A DNA stretch of 64,000 bases, taken from IMG/VR virus record IMGVR_UViG_3300031951_000045; one strand, 5' to 3'. The notes below the pieces were generated by a model. The model made no database searches, had not been told where the DNA came from, and was given only the letters and a program-made list of their open reading frames with translations. Positions 57,433-64,000 of the stretch are shown one piece after another. The position numbers and the translations under genes are program-made. Positions within the stretch are counted from its first letter, which is position 1. Every line of letters begins with the position of its first letter. The DNA comes from an uncultured virus (IMG/VR IMGVR_UViG_3300031951_000045) (taxonomy: Duplodnaviria > Heunggongvirae > Uroviricota > Caudoviricetes).

Positions 57433-58875
57433 ATGCAAATGTTCAATGCAGAGCATCTGCAGGAGAAGTGGTCACCACTCCTTGATTATCAAGGTCTGGA
57501 CCCAATCAAAGACTCACATCGCAGAATGGTAACTGCGGTTCTCCTGGAGAATCAAGAAAAATTCCTTCGTGAGGAAAGAGAATTCCTCGGCGAAACAACC
57601 GCACCAACTAGCACAACTGGTTCAACTGGTTCAAGTGCTGGTTTCTCTGGTGGTGCTGTTGCGGGTGGTCCAGTAGCAGGTTTTGATCCTGTTCTGATCT
57701 CCCTGATCCGTCGTTCAATGCCTAACCTGGTCGCATATGACCTCGCAGGTGTTCAACCAATGAATGGTCCTACAGGACTTATCTTCGCAATGCGTTCACG
57801 TTACACCAACCAATCAGGTGCCGAGGCATTCTTTGATGAAGTTGATACTCAGTTCTCTGGCAGAAAGGGTAATCAATCTCAGTATGCTGTTAATCCTACT
57901 GTTGAAGCAAACGTAGGTTTTGGTACTACTGCTGCACAATCTGGTAGCAATCCTGGTCTTCTTAGTGCTGGTGGTTCTCAGCAAGATTACAACGTTGGTG
58001 GTGGTATGTCCACTGCTGATGCAGAGATTCTTGGTTCCGACTCCGGTGCTTCATTCAATGAGATGGCATTCTCAATTGAGAAAGTCACCGTTACTGCAAA
58101 ATCCAGAGCACTGAAAGCCGAGTATTCACTTGAGCTTGCACAAGACCTGAAGGCAATTCACGGTCTGAATGCTGAGGCTGAATTGGCAAACATTCTCTCA
58201 ACCGAGATTCTTGCTGAAATCAACCGTGAAGTTATCCGTACCATCTATAAGACTGCAGAGTCTGGTGCTCAGTTCAACGTTGCTAATGCTGGTACTTTTG
58301 ACCTTGACATTGACTCCAATGGTCGTTGGTCAGTTGAGAAGTTCAAGGGTCTGATTTTCCAAATTGAAAGAGACGCAAACGCAATTGCACAGCGTACTCG
58401 TAGAGGAAAGGGCAACATCATTATGTGCTCCTCTGACGTTGCTTCTGCTCTCTCAATGGCTGGTCTCCTTGACTACACCCCTGCACTCAATACAAACCTT
58501 AACGTAGATGATACTGGCAATACTTTTGCTGGTGTTCTGAACGGTAAGTACAGAGTTTACATTGACCCATATTCAGGTGGTGCTGGTAACCCAGCTTCTG
58601 GTGCAACTGGTGGTCAGTACTATGTTGTCGGTTATAAGGGTTCTTCCCCTTATGATGCAGGTCTCTTCTACTGCCCTTATGTTCCTCTCCAAATGGTTCG
58701 TGCCGTTGGTGAGAACACCTTCCAGCCAAAAATCGGATTCAAGACTCGTTATGGTCTTGTTGCTAACCCATTTGCTGAAGGCAAGTCTGCATCTGCTCCT
58801 GAGAGCAATCTTGGTCGTATTCAGACTAACTCAAACCGTTACTACAGAAGAGTTCAAGTTAAGAACCTTATGTGA
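57433..58875 (+). CDS. g23: major capsid protein gp23
   Basis: GVQPMNGPTGLIFAMR, ELAQDLKAIHGL, FQPKIGFKTRYG. Confidence 0.98.
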   Translation: MQMFNAEHLQEKWSPLLDYQGLDPIKDSHRRMVTAVLLENQEKFLREEREFLGETTAPTSTTGSTGSSAGFSGGAVAGGPVAGFDPVLISLIRRSMPNLVAYDLAGVQPMNGPTGLIFAMRSRYTNQSGAEAFFDEVDTQFSGRKGNQSQYAVNPTVEANVGFGTTAAQSGSNPGLLSAGGSQQDYNVGGGMSTADAEILGSDSGASFNEMAFSIEKVTVTAKSRALKAEYSLELAQDLKAIHGLNAEAELANILSTEILAEINREVIRTIYKTAESGAQFNVANAGTFDLDIDSNGRWSVEKFKGLIFQIERDANAIAQRTRRGKGNIIMCSSDVASALSMAGLLDYTPALNTNLNVDDTGNTFAGVLNGKYRVYIDPYSGGAGNPASGATGGQYYVVGYKGSSPYDAGLFYCPYVPLQMVRAVGENTFQPKIGFKTRYGLVANPFAEGKSASAPESNLGRIQTNSNRYYRRVQVKNLM

Positions 58876-58894
58876 TTTCGGTCCACAAATACTG

Positions 58895-58920
58895 GAGGGT
58901 CCAAAAGACCCTCTTTTTTT
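58895..58920 (+). terminator. Rho-independent terminator after g23
   Basis: GAGGGTC-CAAAA-GACCCTC-T7. Confidence 0.85.
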
Positions 58921-58925
58921 ATGTC

Positions 58926-58933
58926 TATAAATA
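58926..58933 (+). promoter_or_regulatory. T4-type late promoter
   Basis: TATAAATA upstream of g3. Confidence 0.7.
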
Positions 58934-58942
58934 AAAATAAAA

Positions 58943-59485
58943 ATGAGTCCGAGTCCTTGGTCAAAACAAATTAGTAATAGAAATTACTTGTCCCCTGTAG
59001 GATTTAAATTTATTTTATCCGAATATCCTAAGGTTGATTTTTTTTCTAATTCATCACAAATACCAGGTATAAATTTAGGAGTTGCAGTTCAATCAAACTA
59101 TCTGAAAGATATTCCAATTCCTGGAGATAAACTTTCTTATGATGATTTTTCTTTTGAGTTTTTTGTAGATGAAAATTTACAAAATTATTTACAAGTCCAT
59201 AATTGGATGAGAGGTCTTGGATATCCACAAAGTGTATCTGAATTTCAAGAATTATTAAATTCTGATGAATTTAATCCAGGAGTTCAAGATGCAAACTTTG
59301 GACAATCAGATGGAAGTTTAATCATCTATAATAGTAATTACAATCCTATATCACAAGTCAATTTTAGAGGATTGTTTCCAGTTTCATTATCTACTATAGA
59401 TTTTAATGCTAAAGAACAAGATATCAATTATGTGACTGCAAATGTCACATTCAAATATACTTTATATGACATAGTTGTTTATTGA
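58943..59485 (+). CDS. g3: tail tube terminator gp3
   Basis: NRNYLSPVGFKF, PGDKL.Y, FPVSLS. Confidence 0.9.
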   Translation: MSPSPWSKQISNRNYLSPVGFKFILSEYPKVDFFSNSSQIPGINLGVAVQSNYLKDIPIPGDKLSYDDFSFEFFVDENLQNYLQVHNWMRGLGYPQSVSEFQELLNSDEFNPGVQDANFGQSDGSLIIYNSNYNPISQVNFRGLFPVSLSTIDFNAKEQDINYVTANVTFKYTLYDIVVY

Positions 59486-59490
59486 TTTTT

Positions 59491-59919
59491 ATGAACATTG
59501 ATGAAATTCAAACATTATGGGAAGAAGATTCAAAGATAGACCCAGACAATCTGCATCAAGAATCACTTAAAATTCCATCTTTACATTCAAAATATTATAA
59601 AATATATAATAACATTACTCTTCTTAAAAAAATGGAAGAGAATAAATATAAAATTTTAAAAAAAGAAAAATGGTTATATTATTCTGGAAAAGCAGAACCA
59701 GAAGTATATAAAAATAATCCATTTGATCATAAGGTTTTAAAACCGGACCTAGATAAGTATATGGATGCAGATCCTGACTTAATCAAAGTAGTATCAAAAA
59801 TTGAATACTACCAAATGATGATTAACTATTTGGATGGGATTTTAAAGACAATATTAAATAGAACCTACCAGATCAAAAATGCCATTGAATATATGAGATT
59901 TACTGCGGGATATGACTAA
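59491..59919 (+). CDS. uvsY: recombination mediator UvsY
   Basis: IPSLHSKY, YYSGKA, RTYQIKNAIE. Confidence 0.92.
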   Translation: MNIDEIQTLWEEDSKIDPDNLHQESLKIPSLHSKYYKIYNNITLLKKMEENKYKILKKEKWLYYSGKAEPEVYKNNPFDHKVLKPDLDKYMDADPDLIKVVSKIEYYQMMINYLDGILKTILNRTYQIKNAIEYMRFTAGYD

Positions 59920-61375
59920 TATAATTATTCAAAAAAAGAACGAAATATATTTAAAAGTAGAGGCAGAACCACATATACATCAGGAATTATTTGATTATTT
60001 TACTTTTGAAGTTCCTGGTGCAAAGTTTATGCCTCAATATAGAAGCAAATATTGGGATGGAAAAATAAGACTTTATAGTAATCATACTGGTGAAATATAT
60101 GTTGGTCTTTTAGACAAATTAGTTGCTTGGGCAAAACGATATGAATACACAGTAGAATTTAAAGATAATAAATTTTATGGTTCTCCATTTGAAGAGAACG
60201 AAATGATTTCTTTTAATGGTGTTTCCGATTATATGAATAAAATATCAAAACACCAACCAAGAGATTATCAAATTGATGCTGTTTATGATGCTTTGCGGTA
60301 TAATAGAAAACTTTTAATTTCCCCAACAGCATCTGGAAAATCTTTGATGATATATACAATCGTAAGATATTTTGTGGATAATAATAAAAATATTTTATTG
60401 ATTGTTCCAACTACATCATTGGTTGAGCAAATGGTAAAGGACTTTTTAGATTATGGATGGGATTCGGAAAAGTATTGTCATAAAATTTATTCTGGAAAAG
60501 AAAAAAATACAGACAAACCAGTAGTAGTAACCACTTGGCAATCTATTTACAATCTTCAAAGGTCTTTTTATGAAAACTTTGATGTGGTGATTGGGGATGA
60601 AGCACATCAATTCAAATCAAAGTCTCTCGTGGGCATTATGACCAAGATGGACAATACAAAGTATAGATTTGGATTCACTGGAACTTTAGACGGGTCACAG
60701 ACTCATAAATGGGTACTTGAGGGACTCTTTGGTCCATCATACAAAGTCACACAAACAAAAGAACTTATTGAAAAAGGTCATCTTTCAAAACTACAAATTA
60801 AAATTTTATTATTAAAACATAATTCTCATCAATTTAATGAATATGAAGAGGAAGTTCAATATATTATTGGACACGAAAAACGAAATAATTTTATTAAAAA
60901 TCTTGTATTAGATTTAAAAGGTAACAGTCTTGTCCTTTTTAATCGTGTTGAATCTCACGGACAGATTCTATACGAACTTATAAATAATTCTGCTTCAAAA
61001 AATAGAAAAGTATTTTTTGTTCACGGTGGAGTTAATACTGAAACAAGAGAAAAAATAAGAGAAATAACTGAGAAAGAAAACAATGCAATCATTGTTGCTT
61101 CTTACGGCACTTTTTCTACTGGTATTAACATTAGAAATTTACATAATGTTATTTTTGCTTCCCCTAGTAAATCAAGAATCAGAAACCTCCAATCAATCGG
61201 AAGAGTCTTGAGGAAGGGAGAAAATAAAAATAAAGCAGTTCTTTATGATATTGCTGATGATGCTACATACAAGTCAAGAAAAAATTATACTCTCAATCAT
61301 TTAATAGAAAGAATTAAAATATACAATGAAGAAAAATTTAACTATGAAATTTTACAAATTAACTTTAAAAAATAA
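59912..61375 (+). CDS. uvsW: DNA helicase UvsW
   Basis: WDGKIRL, SPTASGKS, DEAH, QSIGRVLR. Confidence 0.96.
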   Translation: MTNIIIQKKNEIYLKVEAEPHIHQELFDYFTFEVPGAKFMPQYRSKYWDGKIRLYSNHTGEIYVGLLDKLVAWAKRYEYTVEFKDNKFYGSPFEENEMISFNGVSDYMNKISKHQPRDYQIDAVYDALRYNRKLLISPTASGKSLMIYTIVRYFVDNNKNILLIVPTTSLVEQMVKDFLDYGWDSEKYCHKIYSGKEKNTDKPVVVTTWQSIYNLQRSFYENFDVVIGDEAHQFKSKSLVGIMTKMDNTKYRFGFTGTLDGSQTHKWVLEGLFGPSYKVTQTKELIEKGHLSKLQIKILLLKHNSHQFNEYEEEVQYIIGHEKRNNFIKNLVLDLKGNSLVLFNRVESHGQILYELINNSASKNRKVFFVHGGVNTETREKIREITEKENNAIIVASYGTFSTGINIRNLHNVIFASPSKSRIRNLQSIGRVLRKGENKNKAVLYDIADDATYKSRKNYTLNHLIERIKIYNEEKFNYEILQINFKK

Positions 61376-61771
61376 ATGGAAGAAGACTTTTACGGAATTA
61401 TAAAATTAATCTCTGGTGAAGAAGTGTTTGCTAAGATTTGTCCTTTTGATGATGGTGATGATGATACACTTTTAATGTTAGATTCTCCAGTTACTATGGA
61501 AACAATTGTAGTTCGTCAATTGGGAATGACTACAATTAAAGTGAGTCCTTGGATCAAAATGAGTGATGAAGATTTATTTATTATAAAGATGGATAAAATT
61601 ATAACTGTTACAGAAGTTTCTGATAAAGATTTAATTAAAATGCATATAAAATATGTAAAAGATAAAAATAGAAAATCAAATAAGACAAAGTTATCAGAAA
61701 AAATGGGATATCTATCAAGCATTGCTGATGCAAGAATATCCTTAGAGAAATTATATAAATCTAATAACTAA
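61376..61771 (+). CDS. conserved hypothetical protein (Sm-like fold candidate)
   Basis: IKLISGEE...PW motif; usual position between uvsW and g55. Confidence 0.75.
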   Translation: MEEDFYGIIKLISGEEVFAKICPFDDGDDDTLLMLDSPVTMETIVVRQLGMTTIKVSPWIKMSDEDLFIIKMDKIITVTEVSDKDLIKMHIKYVKDKNRKSNKTKLSEKMGYLSSIADARISLEKLYKSNN

Positions 61772-61804
61772 AAGATATAATTTATCTTCAAACCTAACAG
61801 AGTG

Positions 61805-61855
61805 ATTTTACTCATATTTTAAATGTTTGTCAAGTTCCCATTGATGTGGTAAAAT
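61805..61855. promoter_or_regulatory. Divergent overlapping sigma70 promoters upstream of g55
   Basis: Plus: TTGTCA(61827)-17-TAAAAT(61850) with extended TG. Minus: TTGACA(61833-61828)-17-TAAAAT(61810-61805). Confidence 0.7.
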
Positions 61856-61893
61856 TATAGTTATTATTAGTAGTTCTACTTTCTCCTTTACAA

Positions 61894-62364
61894 ATGAATA
61901 AAATTAAAAAGAATCCACATTACGTAAACAATAAAGATTTTTATGATGCTTTATTAGTTTATAAAAATAAAGTTAAAGCAGCAAAAGAACAAGATTTGCC
62001 AATCCCACCAATAACAAATTATCTCGGTGACTGCTTTTTAAAGATTGCAACACATTTATCATATCGTCCTAATTTTGTAAATTATATTTTTCGTGAAGAT
62101 ATGATTAGTGATGGTGTTGAAAATTGTGTTCAATATATTAATAATTTTGATTTAAATAGGTCAAATCCATTTGCTTATTTTACTCAAATTGTCTATTATG
62201 CTTTTTTGCGTCGTATTCAGAAAGAGAAAAAGCAAATGGAAATAAAAGAAAAGATTATTGAAAGAAGTGGATACGAGCAGTTGTTTTATGTGGATGATGA
62301 CTCACCAAATTCTTCTGACTATAATACAATTAAAGAAAATATTCAAATGAAATCATATCAATGA
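61894..62364 (+). CDS. g55: late-transcription sigma factor gp55
   Basis: HYVNNK, RPNFVNY..REDMI.DG.ENC, NPFAYFTQI. Confidence 0.96.
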   Translation: MNKIKKNPHYVNNKDFYDALLVYKNKVKAAKEQDLPIPPITNYLGDCFLKIATHLSYRPNFVNYIFREDMISDGVENCVQYINNFDLNRSNPFAYFTQIVYYAFLRRIQKEKKQMEIKEKIIERSGYEQLFYVDDDSPNSSDYNTIKENIQMKSYQ

Positions 62365-63401
62365 AAATTGGAATTATAACTGATACTCATTATAATTTTC
62401 GTAAAGCTAATAAGGCATTTCACGAATACTTTGAAAGATTTTATAATGATATATTTTTTCCAAACTTAAAGAAAAATAAAATTAAAACGGTTGTTCATCT
62501 TGGAGATGCTTTTGATAATCGTAAAGGAGTAGATTATTGGGCATTGCAATGGGCAAAACGGAACGTATACGATAAGTTTGAACAACTTGGAATCACTGTA
62601 TACAGTATTGTTGGAAATCACGATGCATATTATAAAAATACTAATGAAGTAAATTCAATTGATGTTTTATTAAACGAGTACTCAAACATTGTAAAAATAT
62701 CAAGTCCAACTGAAATTTTTATTGACGATACTGAGTGTGTTTTTTTACCCTGGATTTGCACTGACAATGAGAAGGACACATTCTCACTATTAGAAGAATC
62801 AACTGCAAAAATTGTATTTGGTCACCTTGAACTGTCTGGATTTTCTGTTTATCCTGGACACGTTCAGGAAAACGGACTGAATAAAAATGTATTCAAAAAG
62901 TTTGATAGAGTTTTTTCTGGGCACTATCATACTTCTAGTAATGATGGCAAGATTTTTTATCTTGGGAATCCATATCAAATGTTTTGGTGTGATGTGAACG
63001 ATAAAAGGGGATTTCATATTTTTGATACTGATGATTATGCATTAGAAAAAATTGAAAATCCTTACACTATGTTTGAAAAAGTTTATTATGATGACGATAG
63101 TGAGGATATTGATTTTTCCTCACTATCAAACAAGATGATTAAACTTTTTGTACAGAAAAAAGAAAATCATTTAAAGTTTGATAAGTTTGTAAGTCAAATT
63201 GTAAATGCAAATCCATTAGAATTTAAAATTGTTGAGAATTTTGATGTTTATGATGATGATGTGAATTCTGATGAATTTTGTATGGAAGATACACTTAGTA
63301 TTCTGGATAAATACGTTGAAGAGTCTGAATTTAATTTAAATAAAACAATCATCAAAAATCTTTTAAGAGATGTTTACAAAGAAGCATTAGAGATAGAGTA
63401 A
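62361..63401 (+). CDS. g47: recombination endonuclease gp47 (Mre11/SbcD-like)
   Basis: TDTH, GDAFDNRK, GNHD, SGHYH. Confidence 0.95.
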   Translation: MKIGIITDTHYNFRKANKAFHEYFERFYNDIFFPNLKKNKIKTVVHLGDAFDNRKGVDYWALQWAKRNVYDKFEQLGITVYSIVGNHDAYYKNTNEVNSIDVLLNEYSNIVKISSPTEIFIDDTECVFLPWICTDNEKDTFSLLEESTAKIVFGHLELSGFSVYPGHVQENGLNKNVFKKFDRVFSGHYHTSSNDGKIFYLGNPYQMFWCDVNDKRGFHIFDTDDYALEKIENPYTMFEKVYYDDDSEDIDFSSLSNKMIKLFVQKKENHLKFDKFVSQIVNANPLEFKIVENFDVYDDDVNSDEFCMEDTLSILDKYVEESEFNLNKTIIKNLLRDVYKEALEIE

Positions 63402-63688
63402 TGTACGTACTATCAATTAAAGAACAAGAAGATGAAGGTGCATATGCAGTAATGAATGAAGATGGTGATAAAACTTTGTATATATTTGAAGAAGAAGACG
63501 ATGCAGAAAGATATGCTGGTCTCTTAGAAGCAGAAGACTATCCAGAGATGTCTGTGGTTGAAGTAGAAGACGAAGTAGCAATAAAAACCTGTGAAGTATA
63601 TGGATATAGTTATGCTATAATTACCCCTAATGACTTTGTAATACCCCCACGAGATTATGATTCTGTTCAAGAAAATTTCATATCGTAA
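63401..63688 (+). CDS. DUF3110-like protein
   Basis: FEEEDDAERYAGLLEAEDYP...IPP matches the cyanobacterial DUF3110 signature as recalled. Confidence 0.7.
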   Translation: MYVLSIKEQEDEGAYAVMNEDGDKTLYIFEEEDDAERYAGLLEAEDYPEMSVVEVEDEVAIKTCEVYGYSYAIITPNDFVIPPRDYDSVQENFIS

Positions 63689-64000
63689 TTTTTTATCATC
63701 TGGAAATCAACCTACACAAATTAATCTTTCAGAAAATCAAACAACATTAATTGTGGGGTCTAATGGTTCTGGAAAAAGTACCTTATTAGATGCTTTGTGT
63801 TTTGTGTTGTTTAATAAAGCATTCCGAAAAATTACAAAACCTCAACTTATAAATTCAACTAATTCTAAAGATTGTTTGGTTGAAATAGAGTTTAGTATTG
63901 GCACTAAAGAATATAAAGTAGTAAGAGGAATTAAACCAAATATTTTTGAGATTTGGGTAGATGGAGTTTTGCAAAACCAATCCTCGGCTACGGTGGACCA
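63657..64000 (+). CDS. g46: recombination ATPase gp46 (Rad50/SbcC-like), 3'-truncated
   Basis: Hand-translated MILFKKISYRNFLSSGN...GSNGSGKST (Walker A). Confidence 0.93.
   Translation, partial: MILFKKISYRNFLSSGNQPTQINLSENQTTLIVGSNGSGKSTLLDALCFVLFNKAFRKITKPQLINSTNSKDCLVEIEFSIGTKEYKVVRGIKPNIFEIWVDGVLQNQSSATVD

Noticed and set aside
45509..61375. Introns or inteins in g17, g20, g23 or uvsW
   Set aside because: ORFs are continuous and of normal length, with no intein or homing-endonuclease motifs
14252..63401. Minus-strand and alternate-frame ORFs in the track (e.g. 22776-23507, 24567-25166, 41904-42455)
   Set aside because: Shadows of biased codon usage in well-supported + strand genes
1..64000. 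tRNA or rRNA genes
   Set aside because: No cloverleaf with T-loop and acceptor stem was recognised in the intergenic gaps; tRNAscan was not run

Overview
64-kb fragment of an AT-rich T4-like myovirus (cyanophage-like) genome; all credible genes are on the + strand. It has four zones. (1) 1-7.9 kb is a cluster of about 35 tiny genes, mostly of unknown function, including ArdA-like and DUF2786-like proteins. It is cut into modules by 7 copies of a promoter element: a 24-bp palindrome TGTGCCAS-N8-STGGCACA lying 28-30 bp upstream of a -10 hexamer, with no -35. (2) 7.9-9.2 kb is a highly structured gene-free region that looks like a replication origin or control hub. It holds an AT-rich tract, two divergent promoters carrying the same palindrome, a long GAGTC hairpin, a canonical G-quadruplex motif, six perfect cyanobacterial-type DnaA boxes (TTTTCCACA), 15 same-strand TTCGT pentamers and three ~100-120-bp repeats. 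(3) 9.2-11.9 kb encodes a GT-A-like glycosyltransferase, speD and hypothetical proteins. (4) 11.9-64 kb is the T4 core: g25, g6, a gp7-like gene apparently split by two repeat-rich fibre genes, g8, a 2491-aa virion protein, g13-g23, g3, uvsY, uvsW, g55, g47 and partial g46. A candidate NblA-like gene precedes g17. I saw no tRNA, rRNA, CRISPR array, integrase or intron. All calls come from reading the sequence and recalled family motifs; no database search was run.
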